A DNA stretch of 64,000 nt, taken from Escherichia phage ZX4221. The stretch lies in the sequence record OR498728.1; one strand, 5' to 3'. The notes under the pieces are model-generated. The model saw only the letters and a list, made by a program, of their open reading frames with translations, made no database searches and was not told where the DNA came from. The translations under genes and the position numbers were made by a program. How positions within the stretch are numbered: position 1 is the first letter of the stretch; each line of letters begins with the position of its first letter. Positions 44,499-54,336 of this stretch are shown in pieces.

Positions 44499-45014
44499 AT
44501 GTATCTGTCAAATTTGAAACGTTCTGCTGCAATGTCTGTCCTAAGACTGAGCTTTGAGGAACGTCAAGAGTTCATTGACTCCCACCAATACGACCCTTCT
44601 AACTCAAATCACATGATTCTCTGGAATCGTGACAGTACTCGTGAAAGAGCACTATTCCGCTATTACCCACATTACACCATAGATAATCTGTATGAATGTT
44701 TTGTTGTGAAGAACACCATTGCAGTGCTCAATAAGCTTTGTAGATACACAGGTAATCAAACCTTCACATTAGGTCACCACAAGCCTGTTACAAAAGGTGG
44801 TGAGCATCACTGTACAAACTGGTTTATCCAAACTAAAGCTGATAACCAGAGGCAAGGCGATAGCCTTCTAAGTGCTCCTAAGATGACCTATGAAGAGCAA
44901 GAGAAATATATCAAAAATAATATGCCAGATGTGCTTGACAACAACTATACAGATTTGGCAATATCTCTCCTGTTGAAGTTCGAGACAGTTTATAGGGCAA
45001 CTTACAATGGCTAA
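44499..45014 (+). CDS. HNH nuclease-like protein (tentative)
   Basis: GHHKPVTKGGEHHCTNW resembles an HNH core. Confidence 0.35.
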   Translation: MYLSNLKRSAAMSVLRLSFEERQEFIDSHQYDPSNSNHMILWNRDSTRERALFRYYPHYTIDNLYECFVVKNTIAVLNKLCRYTGNQTFTLGHHKPVTKGGEHHCTNWFIQTKADNQRQGDSLLSAPKMTYEEQEKYIKNNMPDVLDNNYTDLAISLLLKFETVYRATYNG

Positions 45015-45285
45015 AGAGAAGTGGGAGATTTTACCATTAGTGAGTGAAGGTGGTAACGGTTGTGAGATGTACATGATACGAGGTCATGTTCCAGAACCAA
45101 TTGCACTTGAGATGGTAAACAATTTTACAGATGGTTCTTACAAAGACTTAGGAGAACCAACTGTCAAGCAACAATGGGTTAAACCTGTACCAGACAGCAC
45201 AGGTAACTGTAGTGTACTTTATCACGTTGTAGACCCTGCAAAATGCAAATCTGCAATGGCAGTAACAAACATAACCTTTGATTGA
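45007..45285 (+). CDS. hypothetical protein
   Basis: 92 aa. Confidence 0.3.
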   Translation: MAKEKWEILPLVSEGGNGCEMYMIRGHVPEPIALEMVNNFTDGSYKDLGEPTVKQQWVKPVPDSTGNCSVLYHVVDPAKCKSAMAVTNITFD

Positions 45286-46180
45286 GAGAGAGAAAACTAT
45301 GAAAACTGTTATTGAAGTAGTTGTCACCGCACAAGAGAAATTCTTCCACACAGAAAAATTTAATATCATCCAATTCCCATCTGGAGAAATTGGTGGAAAC
45401 TTCTCTGAAGATTTTGTTAAGTTTACTGAGCGTAATGCTGGTAACATTGACAATGTTATACTCACTGTGCAGGGATATGATAAAGATACACTGTTTGCAT
45501 TAGCTTTGGCTAAGGATGCCGTTGACAGTCTTGTTCCATACAAATCAGCGATGAAAACCGTTGTTTTCGGGTTCTTACCGAATGCTAGATATGACCGCCA
45601 TATGTTCAAAGGTGATTCAGCAGCACTGAAAGCTTTTGCCAACCTCGTTAATGCAATGGGTTTTGATGCAGTATGTGCTCTTGACCCTCACAGTAATGTT
45701 GCAGAAAACTTATTTAAGTGCTTTCAGAGCATGAAGCAAAAAGATGTAGCAGCACACTTTGCAAGTGACCCACGCATTGACTTCTTGGTAGCCCCAGATG
45801 CAGGTGCAGCTAAGAAGACTGAAGAGACTGCTAAAGAGGTGGATAAACCATACGTCACAATGTCTAAAGTACGCAACCTTAAGACTGGTGAAATTACTGG
45901 TATGCGAATCCTTGATGCTGTTGATTTGACCGATAAAACTGTCATGATTCTTGATGATATTTGTGATGGAGGCCGAACCTTCATAGAAGCAGCTAAACAT
46001 CTTCGTGAAGCAGGTGCAAAACGTGTGGAACTCTATGTAACTCATGGCATTTTCTCTAAAGGTGTTGAAAACTTACTTGACAATGGTATTGACCATATCT
46101 ACACTACAAACTCTTTAGGGGAAGCTAAAGACCGTGGCTTAACACCTTATGCCCAAGTTACTGTAGTAACCATTGATTGA
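45278..46180 (+). CDS. ribose-phosphate pyrophosphokinase family protein (Prs-like)
   Basis: C-terminal half aligns by eye with Prs PRPP-binding region: VMILDDICDGGRTFIEAAKHLREAGAKRV. Confidence 0.75.
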   Translation: MIEREKTMKTVIEVVVTAQEKFFHTEKFNIIQFPSGEIGGNFSEDFVKFTERNAGNIDNVILTVQGYDKDTLFALALAKDAVDSLVPYKSAMKTVVFGFLPNARYDRHMFKGDSAALKAFANLVNAMGFDAVCALDPHSNVAENLFKCFQSMKQKDVAAHFASDPRIDFLVAPDAGAAKKTEETAKEVDKPYVTMSKVRNLKTGEITGMRILDAVDLTDKTVMILDDICDGGRTFIEAAKHLREAGAKRVELYVTHGIFSKGVENLLDNGIDHIYTTNSLGEAKDRGLTPYAQVTVVTID

Positions 46181-46188
46181 AACTTTAT

Positions 46189-46214
46189 AGGGGGCTTCAA
46201 AGCCCCATTTTGAG
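46189..46214 (+). terminator. terminator-like hairpin
   Basis: GGGGCTT-CAA-AGCCCC then ATTTT. Confidence 0.45.
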
Positions 46215-46226
46215 AGAGATTAAAAG

Positions 46227-48008
46227 ATGACTAAATCACTTTATGCAGTACCAGCAGGTTTAAACGCAGATGCTTACAAATCTGGTCACATTTACCAGTA
46301 TCCTAGTGCAACAGAATACTTGATGTTCAACCTTACACCACGTAGTGATAAATGGTTTAACAGTCCTTTAGCAATTGACGGTGTAGTGGCTTTTGGTATT
46401 CAACGTTTTGTTAAAGATTACTTGATAGACCACTGGAACGCCACCTTCTTTGAACGTGACAAAAAAGAAGCAATTGACGAAATCTTAGAAGTCATGAACG
46501 GTGTTCTGGGTAAAGATGCTATTGGTCGTGAACATTGGGAAGCACTTCACGACTTAGGTTATCTACCAGTTGAAGTATACGCTGTAGAAGAAGGCACAGT
46601 TGTTCCTATGCGTGTACCAATGATTGTCTTCCAGAACACTGTTTCAGGTTTCCATTGGGTAGCTGGGTATCTGGAAGATGCTTTCTCTGCTGAGATTTGG
46701 AAGGCTTGTACTATTGCAACTATTGCATTGCACTACAAACGTATCTGTAAGAAGTGGTCTGACCTTACTTGTGATAACGACTTACATTTGCCTTATCAGT
46801 GCCATGACTTTGCTATGCGTGGTATGTCCGGCTTTACTGATGACGCATTTAACGCTGTAGGACACTTAACCAGCTTTAAAGGTACTGATAGCTTCCCTGC
46901 TGTATATACAGCTAAACGCATCTATGGACAGTCCTACCCAATCTCTGATATTGGTAGCTCTGTACCAGCTACTGAACACTCTGTAATGTGTGCAAACATT
47001 GCTTGGGAAGGTGGTAATGAGTTGATTGAAGAAGAAAGACGCTTTAAAGGTGAGTTACAAACCTTCCGTCGTTTCTTAACAGAAACTTACCCAACTGGTA
47101 TTGCAAGTGTTGTTTCAGACACTTATAACTTCTGGAGAACTGTATCAGAAATCTTACCAGCACTTCGTAAAGAGATTATGGAACGTGACGGCAAACTGGT
47201 AATTCGTCCTGACTCTGGTGACCCTGTACATATTGTCACAGGTTATAAAGCAATCCACTTAGAGTGTGCTAAAAAGGCTTACTATGAACACCTAAGCAAG
47301 CTGGAAGCCAGCGACACAATGCTGAATGCTGTTCTGAACATGAAGCTTGAAAACATCAACTATGGTATTGCTGGATGGCTACTGTCAGAAGGCTACGAGA
47401 TGGTTGTTGACAGAGAAGACTTTGAAGTTGCTGATACAGTGTTGTTGAAAAATGCTTATATGGTTGGCTCTGCAAACGTTGTAACACGTCCTGTAGCAGA
47501 GATTGATGGGGCTATTAAGACCTTGTATAACATCTTTGGAGGGACTATCAACTCTAAAGGCTTTAAGGTACTGGATGAGCACATTGGCCTCATCTATGGC
47601 GACTCTATCACGTTGGAACGTGCAAACGAAATCCTTAAGCGTTTGTATGAAATGGGTTTTGCAAGCTCTAACGTAGTGTTTGGTGTAGGTTCTTACACTT
47701 ACCAGTACATGACTCGTGACACCTTTGCATTTGCTGTCAAAGCAACTCTTGCAAGCATTGGTGGTAAAGAGATTATGCTTGCAAAAGACCCTAAAACAGA
47801 TAGTGGTGTTAAGAAGTCTGCTTTTGGTGGTGTAGCACCTATGTGGGATGGTGATAAGCTGAAAGCTGTAGATGGCTATGGATTCCAGAGCTTTGAAGAT
47901 GTACTTGAGCATCCAGCTTGTGCTTTACGTTTAGTCTTTAGCGAATCTGAGCAGTTTGGCTACACAACTCTTGGTGATATTCGAAATAATATTGACAAGC
48001 AACTCTAA
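46227..48008 (+). CDS. nicotinamide phosphoribosyltransferase family protein (NAMPT/NadV-like)
   Basis: several blocks match NAMPT as recalled: DAYKSGH, HDFAMRGMS...FKGTDS, SVPATEHSVM, SVVSDTYNFW, IRPDSGDP. Confidence 0.8.
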   Translation: MTKSLYAVPAGLNADAYKSGHIYQYPSATEYLMFNLTPRSDKWFNSPLAIDGVVAFGIQRFVKDYLIDHWNATFFERDKKEAIDEILEVMNGVLGKDAIGREHWEALHDLGYLPVEVYAVEEGTVVPMRVPMIVFQNTVSGFHWVAGYLEDAFSAEIWKACTIATIALHYKRICKKWSDLTCDNDLHLPYQCHDFAMRGMSGFTDDAFNAVGHLTSFKGTDSFPAVYTAKRIYGQSYPISDIGSSVPATEHSVMCANIAWEGGNELIEEERRFKGELQTFRRFLTETYPTGIASVVSDTYNFWRTVSEILPALRKEIMERDGKLVIRPDSGDPVHIVTGYKAIHLECAKKAYYEHLSKLEASDTMLNAVLNMKLENINYGIAGWLLSEGYEMVVDREDFEVADTVLLKNAYMVGSANVVTRPVAEIDGAIKTLYNIFGGTINSKGFKVLDEHIGLIYGDSITLERANEILKRLYEMGFASSNVVFGVGSYTYQYMTRDTFAFAVKATLASIGGKEIMLAKDPKTDSGVKKSAFGGVAPMWDGDKLKAVDGYGFQSFEDVLEHPACALRLVFSESEQFGYTTLGDIRNNIDKQL

Positions 48009-48022
48009 AAGTATATGATAAG

Positions 48023-48045
48023 AGGCTCCTACGGGAGCCTTTTTA
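48023..48045 (+). terminator. rho-independent terminator-like hairpin
   Basis: GGCTCC-TAC-GGGAGCC then TTTTT. Confidence 0.6.
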
Positions 48046-48061
48046 ATTTCTGGAGAAGATT

Positions 48062-48397
48062 ATGAAAATCAAAGAAATGAATATCAATATTGTCTTAGAA
48101 GAACGTTGGGAGAACATCAAGACGCCTGAAAATGGTCATAAGTTCCTCAACAAAATCTTAGTAGCAGCCAAAGAAGAACTGACTGGTAAGGTTGCAGCAG
48201 CAATCACAATAAAGGTGTGTGTAAAGGGTCTTCCAGACAATCACCAATTTGCACTTGACGAGTTTAAAGAAAGCTTCTACAATCCAAACAAACAGATGCT
48301 TGAAAGTAACTTTGCAGTATCTACAAGTATCGTCCATGACAGAAGCTTTATCCTTTACAAGAATATGAGAGGTGAGTCATGCAAGCATATTGGATAG
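48062..48397 (+). CDS. hypothetical protein
   Basis: 111 aa. Confidence 0.3.
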   Translation: MKIKEMNINIVLEERWENIKTPENGHKFLNKILVAAKEELTGKVAAAITIKVCVKGLPDNHQFALDEFKESFYNPNKQMLESNFAVSTSIVHDRSFILYKNMRGESCKHIG

Positions 48398-48555
48398 AAA
48401 TTTTACTGTCACTTGGTAGCGTAGCAGTATTTGTTTACCTTCTTTGCAAGTACTATGCAGAGCACAAAAAATGTGACTTCTGTGATGGAGAAGGTTATAC
48501 AAGAGCAGGTTGTTGCCCTATGTGTGGTGGTTCTGGTAAAATGTTTAATAAGTAA
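48379..48555 (+). CDS. small membrane Zn-finger protein (58 aa, not in ORF track)
   Basis: hydrophobic N-terminus then CDFCDGEG...CCPMCGGSG. Confidence 0.3.
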   Translation: MQAYWIEILLSLGSVAVFVYLLCKYYAEHKKCDFCDGEGYTRAGCCPMCGGSGKMFNK

Positions 48556-48583
48556 TTTAACAGTAAACTAAGAGGAAAGTATT

Positions 48584-50950
48584 ATGCGCATGGTAAATGA
48601 CCACGCAGAAGTGATTAAGAGTTCAACTTCTTTAGAGACGTCTCAAGCACAGATTACAATGACACCTGAAATGTTCAGCCTTTTGAGTTCTGGTGTATAT
48701 ACCTTTAAAGAAAGGGCAGTTATTCGTGAACTGTCATGTAACGCAGTAGATGCTCAGAAAGAAGCTGGAAAAGAGAACATCCCGTTCCATGTGCATTTAC
48801 CTACTCGTTTTGAGCCTTACTTTGAAGTTCGTGATTTTGGAACTGGATTGACTCATGATAAAGTTATGAGTTTGTATCTAAATTACGGGGCTTCTACGAA
48901 GAATGACTCTAATGACTACATTGGTGCAATGGGTATCGGCTCAAAATCCCCATTTGCAATTGCTCAGTCATTCACAGTATCTAGCTATGTTGATGGTGTT
49001 GTCAATAAGTACTCTGTTTACCTTGAGAATGGTATCCCTCAAGTAACTAAGCTGACCACTAACCCAACAAAAGAACCTAATGGTTTAGCTGTACGTGTAG
49101 CAGTTGCTGACCACCGTATTTCAAAGTTCTTTGAAGAAGCTGGTCACGTATACTCATACTTTGCTGTAAAACCAGAAAGTAATATCGAGTACGACGATGT
49201 ATTAGCAGACATGAATGTCATTGCCCGTGAAGAAGGTGTTTATGATGCCATGATTCATAAGCAAAGCTGGCGCTCTAGTGGTAACAGGACAGAGTTTAAT
49301 GTGGTGATGGGTAACATCGCCTACCCTGTTAACATGGAAGCACTACTTGGTGATGATTTCTTCAAAGTCTTGCCAGAGTTTTTCCGTAGGAGCGTAGACC
49401 TTGTAAACATCTATATGCCTATTGGTTCAGTTGCTATTGCAGCTTCTCGTGAAGCATTGCAGATGAATGATACAACAAAAAATGTTATCATTGAGGCTAC
49501 TAAAAAGATAACTGAAGCAATTACAAAGGATGTTATCAAGAAAGTTAATAGCCAACCTACACTCATGGATGCTGCACAGGCTTATGCTGAGTTACGTTTA
49601 AACTCACGAGAGATGTTTAATGCTGTGTGTCCAAAACTAGAGTGGGGAGGCGTTAAGCTTGATTCTTTGGAAGAAGAATTGCTAAACATTCGTCGTGGAA
49701 TTATCTACGCAGAAGACGGCTCAGTTATCTATGAACGTGATGGTAAAGGTAATATTAAGGTTGATAGGAACGGAAACAATATCCCTAAAGTAGATTATCT
49801 TTATAATCCAGTTGCTTATGTTAAGTTCAACTCTTTAGAAAGTAAGATTCGTGCAACAGCACTTTCCTACACTCAAGAGGCAAGTATGTTCAATATCTTT
49901 GGCGCAATGCGCAAAAGCCAAATTGAACAGTTTTTGTTTGTTATCAATGACCGTCGCAATAAAAATGGTACTGAGAAGACTGTAGGACGCAACCAAATCT
50001 TGCGTGGTGCATGTCGAGACTATGCCAGTGAGTCAAGTCTGTTTCACAGATATAATGGTATTGTCTTTGTATTCTCTAATGAGGAAGAGCTAGATGATTT
50101 AATCAATCTGCACAAACTTGATAAAAGCTTGTTAAAGATTGTGAAGATGTCTGATAAGGAACACCATTACCAGCGTAAAGAAGCTGTAAGAGGTGTTGTA
50201 AAACTCTGGAAAGCTGTTCCAGCAGAAGGTGTAGCTTCATACAAAGAGGTGTCAGAAGACTTAGATACGATTGAAGAGCCTCAGCTTTATATTAAGGCAG
50301 TAGGCGACACAGTTGATGGCGAATGTTTTTGCTCATCTCCAGAAGATGTAGCTAAGTCAGTTGCCAATGTCATTGAAAAGACAGTCTATGTTTTCCGAAA
50401 AGCAAATTGGAAAAAGATACCAGAAGACTGGATTGAAGTAGATGAGAAGCTCTTGAACGACAGCTTAACTGGTATTCACTGGATTAATCATAACAGGTAC
50501 ATGACACGTATCTATATGAATGGTGTCCTAGACCTTACAAGCAGTTGGATTATTGCCAGAAACTTTACGTTCAATAACAGGAAGATTTCTCGTGGCTATT
50601 GCTATTCACGAGACACAAACAAAACTATCTTCTTAGAAGGTAATGAAGATGCTGTTGAGGCAATGTTTGGTAAAATCCAATACGTTGCTGCACCGTTTGC
50701 ATACACTTACACTATTAGTGTGTTGCAAGATTTGAAAAGGTGTCTTGACAATGATACAAAGCTGTACAAGAAAATTAAGAAAGCTGGTGACCGTATGGTT
50801 ATTAAGGTGACAAACTATCTTTTAAAAAGAAAACAAGAAAACTTCTTGCTTTCTCATTTAGATTGGAATAAAGTGTCACCCATCGAAGTGAGTAAGTTCT
50901 TAGGCTTTGATGTGAAGTGTGTTCCAGAAGGGACTACAATTTACGATTAA
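48584..50950 (+). CDS. rIIA: rIIA-like protein (GHKL ATPase-like N-terminal domain)
   Basis: 788 aa; N-terminal RELSCNAVDA resembles GHKL N-box; followed by rIIB-sized gene. Confidence 0.6.
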   Translation: MRMVNDHAEVIKSSTSLETSQAQITMTPEMFSLLSSGVYTFKERAVIRELSCNAVDAQKEAGKENIPFHVHLPTRFEPYFEVRDFGTGLTHDKVMSLYLNYGASTKNDSNDYIGAMGIGSKSPFAIAQSFTVSSYVDGVVNKYSVYLENGIPQVTKLTTNPTKEPNGLAVRVAVADHRISKFFEEAGHVYSYFAVKPESNIEYDDVLADMNVIAREEGVYDAMIHKQSWRSSGNRTEFNVVMGNIAYPVNMEALLGDDFFKVLPEFFRRSVDLVNIYMPIGSVAIAASREALQMNDTTKNVIIEATKKITEAITKDVIKKVNSQPTLMDAAQAYAELRLNSREMFNAVCPKLEWGGVKLDSLEEELLNIRRGIIYAEDGSVIYERDGKGNIKVDRNGNNIPKVDYLYNPVAYVKFNSLESKIRATALSYTQEASMFNIFGAMRKSQIEQFLFVINDRRNKNGTEKTVGRNQILRGACRDYASESSLFHRYNGIVFVFSNEEELDDLINLHKLDKSLLKIVKMSDKEHHYQRKEAVRGVVKLWKAVPAEGVASYKEVSEDLDTIEEPQLYIKAVGDTVDGECFCSSPEDVAKSVANVIEKTVYVFRKANWKKIPEDWIEVDEKLLNDSLTGIHWINHNRYMTRIYMNGVLDLTSSWIIARNFTFNNRKISRGYCYSRDTNKTIFLEGNEDAVEAMFGKIQYVAAPFAYTYTISVLQDLKRCLDNDTKLYKKIKKAGDRMVIKVTNYLLKRKQENFLLSHLDWNKVSPIEVSKFLGFDVKCVPEGTTIYD

Positions 50951-50955
50951 AGTGT

Positions 50956-50985
50956 TTGACAAGGGGCTTTGAAGCCCCTTAGAAT
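50956..50985 (+). promoter_or_regulatory. promoter candidate TTGACA-18-TAGAAT with terminator hairpin in spacer
   Basis: TTGACA 50956-50961; GGGGCTTTGAAGCCCC palindrome; TAGAAT 50980-50985. Confidence 0.4.
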
Positions 50986-51029
50986 ATCCTTACAAAATGA
51001 TTTATTAACTGACAAGAGAGAGTAATAAG

Positions 51030-52139
51030 ATGACTACTAAAACTAAAGCACAGATTGACGCAGAAATTTACAAACTGGTTAAAGAAGGTAAGCTGACTAA
51101 AACAGCTATTGCACAGAAGTTCAATACTTCAACCCGTTCAGTTGGTCGTGCTGTAGAGCGTCATGAAGCAACCTTAAAAGGTAAGAAAAAGGTAGCTTCG
51201 ACACCAGCTAAGAAGACTTTGAAGCAAGTTGCTAAGTCAGTTAAAAAGAAAGCTGGAAAACCAGTTGAAAAGGTTGTTAAAGACACTGTACAGAAAGTTC
51301 CAGTAAATAAACTGCACGAAGCTATGCAGAAAGATGACAAGATTGAGTACATGATTACTGGCGACTCTGTAATTATGACTTACGGTTCAGAATCTGAAAT
51401 TGTTGAGTCTACTCATCCGAACTATCAAGAGATTGTAGTTCACGTTGTGAAAGGTGAGTTCAAGAAAGCATTTGAACTGATGAACATTCGTAAGTCTATC
51501 GAAAACTTCACTCAGGGTGCTATCACAATCAAAGGTGACAAGCTATTCTACGGTGCTGTTGAGATGCGTTCTACTCTGGTTGACCGTATCCTTCACATGA
51601 TGAAGACTGGTGATAAAGGTTTTGAACGCCTTGTAATGTTCTTCGAAAAACTGATGGAAAACCCATCTAAAGATTCTGTAGAACAACTTTGGGGATTCGT
51701 ATCTCACCTTGATGTTGAAATTGATGAAGAAGGCTACATCATTGGTTGGAAGAAAGTCTCTACTCGTGAAGGCAAGCTGGTTGACTCTCACACCTACAAA
51801 GTACCTAATGATTTGGGTAACATTGTAGAAATGCCACGTTGGATGGTTGATAACAACCGTAACGTAACTTGCTCTCAGGGTCTTCATGTTGGTGCTTGGG
51901 ATTATGTTCGTTGCTTCTCAGGCGATACAATCCTGAAGGTTCGTGTCCATCCACGAGATGTTGTATCTGTTCCGACTGATTACAACGATATGAAGATGCG
52001 TTCATCCCGTTATGAAGTTGCAGCAATCGTTGATAATCAACGTAAAGTGCTGAAAGCATGGGACGGTAAGACTGAAGCTTTGCATGTCATCGTTGGCACT
52101 GCTGGTGAACTCATCTCCCAACGCAAACGTGAAATCTAA
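51030..52139 (+). CDS. rIIB: rIIB-like protein (putative)
   Basis: 369 aa directly downstream of rIIA-like gene; synteny and size only. Confidence 0.45.
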   Translation: MTTKTKAQIDAEIYKLVKEGKLTKTAIAQKFNTSTRSVGRAVERHEATLKGKKKVASTPAKKTLKQVAKSVKKKAGKPVEKVVKDTVQKVPVNKLHEAMQKDDKIEYMITGDSVIMTYGSESEIVESTHPNYQEIVVHVVKGEFKKAFELMNIRKSIENFTQGAITIKGDKLFYGAVEMRSTLVDRILHMMKTGDKGFERLVMFFEKLMENPSKDSVEQLWGFVSHLDVEIDEEGYIIGWKKVSTREGKLVDSHTYKVPNDLGNIVEMPRWMVDNNRNVTCSQGLHVGAWDYVRCFSGDTILKVRVHPRDVVSVPTDYNDMKMRSSRYEVAAIVDNQRKVLKAWDGKTEALHVIVGTAGELISQRKREI

Positions 52140-52155
52140 TAAGTAATTTCTTAAA

Positions 52156-52179
52156 AGGCTGCTTCGGCGGCCTTTTTTA
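52156..52179 (+). terminator. terminator-like hairpin
   Basis: GGCTGC-TTCG-GCGGCC then TTTTTT. Confidence 0.5.
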
Positions 52180-52202
52180 TTTGTATTTTGTGCAGAGTGC
52201 TG

Positions 52203-52208
52203 TATAAT
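52203..52208 (+). promoter_or_regulatory. consensus -10 hexamer TATAAT (TG-prefixed) upstream of transglycosylase gene
   Basis: GCTGTATAATTG with weak TTGTAT -35-like box upstream. Confidence 0.35.
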
Positions 52209-52239
52209 TGTTGTCACGATAAACTAAACAGGAGAACCA

Positions 52240-52788
52240 ATGAAGAAATTGATTCTAGGCTTGTGCTTAATGTTTACAGCACACTTATCTTATGCAGTTG
52301 ACTGCCCAGAGCTATCAATTAGCCAAAAAGTTAACATGTTAAAAGCTTACCAATATGGTGAGAATAATATGGGTAAAGGTTGGGGTATCACTCTAGCTGC
52401 TATAGCCTTACAAGAGTCAGAGTTAGGTCTGAAGGTAGAGAATAAAAAGACCCATGACTATGGTATCTTCCAGAATCACTTGAAGACTGTTGTAAAGCGT
52501 AACAAAATTAGTCCTAATGTGGCTAAAAAGAAACTCTTAAAAGATTTTGACTATGCTGCAAAGGAAACACACAAAGAGCTTGAGTTTTGGACGAAGGTAC
52601 ATGGTCAACCAAAGTCAAAGAAGACTTTACAAAAAGTTTTAGCATCATATAATGCTGGGTATTCGTACAAAATCCCTAAAGCTAAGAAATACTCTCAAGA
52701 TGTCTACAACAATATGAAAGTCATCGCTCAATGTGAATTTGCAACAAACATTTCTAAGGTAAATCATGAAAAAATTAAGAAAGTCTGA
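52240..52788 (+). CDS. lytic transglycosylase (SLT-domain) with N-terminal signal peptide; candidate endolysin
   Basis: signal-like MKKLILGLCLMFTAHLSYA; catalytic-like ESELG, YGIFQ and SYNAGYS motifs. Confidence 0.55.
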   Translation: MKKLILGLCLMFTAHLSYAVDCPELSISQKVNMLKAYQYGENNMGKGWGITLAAIALQESELGLKVENKKTHDYGIFQNHLKTVVKRNKISPNVAKKKLLKDFDYAAKETHKELEFWTKVHGQPKSKKTLQKVLASYNAGYSYKIPKAKKYSQDVYNNMKVIAQCEFATNISKVNHEKIKKV

Positions 52789-53461
52789 TGAAGTACTGTG
52801 CCATGCTTACGACTTGCATCCTCATGAGTTAGGTCTTGATTCCTGTGTATGGACTCCAGAACAGTGCAGAGATTTTGAAGATACTGCAAGAGAAGTTGTA
52901 TGTTCACTTGAAGAGTTCCACACATCAGAACCAATTGTGAACGTTGTGGACAAAGAGACTGGACAATCTATAGGTGTAAGACGTGACAGTTTAGTCATAG
53001 TCAATAAAGACCTTGTAGAAAAAGGTAACCTCATCTTAGCAGATATTGATGGTGTTCTTACAAATTTTAATCACGAAGATTGCTCAACGGAATTGACTGA
53101 TGGGTCATTCTCACAGTACACTAATCTTCTTGACTCTGTAAGAGCAAAACCAACGTATGTTTTCAGTATCATTGATGCAATTGCTAATCATGCTGCCATT
53201 GGACTCTTGACAGCTAGAGGTGAATCCCAGAGAATACCTACTGAGATGTTTTTAAGGCATAACATAGAGCATGATTACATGCTTTTTATGCGTGGTTTTG
53301 GAACTAACTCTATAGATGCAGAAAGTTTGAAAGTGAGGATGATTCAGTCTTGCATTCTTCCTTACTTTAATATAGTATGTTTTATAGAAGATACAGAGAA
53401 GAATGTTCAGAAGGTAAACAGAATCCTTCCGCACATTAAAACTATGTTAGTAAAACATTGA
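52766..53461 (+). CDS. HAD-superfamily phosphatase-like protein (tentative)
   Basis: LADIDGVLT resembles HAD motif I (DxDG). Confidence 0.35.
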   Translation: MKKLRKSDEVLCHAYDLHPHELGLDSCVWTPEQCRDFEDTAREVVCSLEEFHTSEPIVNVVDKETGQSIGVRRDSLVIVNKDLVEKGNLILADIDGVLTNFNHEDCSTELTDGSFSQYTNLLDSVRAKPTYVFSIIDAIANHAAIGLLTARGESQRIPTEMFLRHNIEHDYMLFMRGFGTNSIDAESLKVRMIQSCILPYFNIVCFIEDTEKNVQKVNRILPHIKTMLVKH

Positions 53462-53471
53462 GAGAAAACTT

Positions 53472-53936
53472 ATGAACAATATCATTACGGTAGCACTGGA
53501 CGTTACGGCAAACAAATCTGAAGTAGTTCGTAACATTATCAAAAGCAACTTTGAGGGTAAAATCTTCCGTGCTGTCAATGTAAAAGCAGACGGTAACATC
53601 CGAGAGTATCGTGCTCTTCTGAATGTTAAGAAACACGTCAAAGGTGCTGGTTCAACGACTGCACACAAAGAAAACCTGATGACTATCTATGATATGGGTA
53701 TGGCTTCAGAGTTAGGTGCTGAAGGTATCGTTAAAGAAGGTGCTCCGTATCGCTCTTTCAATCTGGAAACTGCTCTTATGCTTTCCTTTACAAGTGGTTC
53801 TAAAACAACTACTTATCTCTTTACTGATGCTGCAACGGTATCTGCTATTAAGGATAGCACTGTCAAAGCTGGGGTAGCTGCTGCTGCAAAAGCTTCTTCG
53901 ATGGCTGCAAATGTCCTTGCTAAAGTCCTCGGTTAA
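53472..53936 (+). CDS. hypothetical protein
   Basis: 154 aa. Confidence 0.3.
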   Translation: MNNIITVALDVTANKSEVVRNIIKSNFEGKIFRAVNVKADGNIREYRALLNVKKHVKGAGSTTAHKENLMTIYDMGMASELGAEGIVKEGAPYRSFNLETALMLSFTSGSKTTTYLFTDAATVSAIKDSTVKAGVAAAAKASSMAANVLAKVLG

Positions 53937-53946
53937 GGTTAAGATA

Positions 53947-53970
53947 CAGGCTCCTTCGGGAGCCTTTTTC
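53947..53970 (+). terminator. rho-independent terminator-like hairpin
   Basis: GGCTCC-TTCG-GGAGCC then TTTTT. Confidence 0.6.
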
Positions 53971-53988
53971 ATTTCAGGAGATTGTTAA

Positions 53989-54336
53989 ATGACATTTAAA
54001 GAGTTCTGTCAAGCTACTTTCATAATTGTTTTCTTAGTTGGGGCAGGTGTCTGGGGAGGATACTCTTACAGAGACTACCAAGTTGCTGAAGCTGAGTTAA
54101 GCAATGAGAAACTAATAAGTGTTGCTAAAGACGCTTATCAGGAAGGTTTAGCCACACTGAGCACCAATTACAAAAATGATTTGAAAGATGTGCTTGCTAA
54201 GAATAAGCATACAAAAGAGGTACTAACATATGAAAAAACTAAGCCAGAGTTTTATAATGTTTGTGTTACTGATAATTATGTCAGGGTGTTCAACGAACAA
54301 AGTGAACAGTACATTCAAAAACTCCCAAGTAAGTGA
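53989..54336 (+). CDS. i-spanin-like protein (putative)
   Basis: 115 aa with N-terminal transmembrane segment FIIVFLVGAGVWGGYSY; overlaps following lipoprotein gene in another frame. Confidence 0.4.
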   Translation: MTFKEFCQATFIIVFLVGAGVWGGYSYRDYQVAEAELSNEKLISVAKDAYQEGLATLSTNYKNDLKDVLAKNKHTKEVLTYEKTKPEFYNVCVTDNYVRVFNEQSEQYIQKLPSK

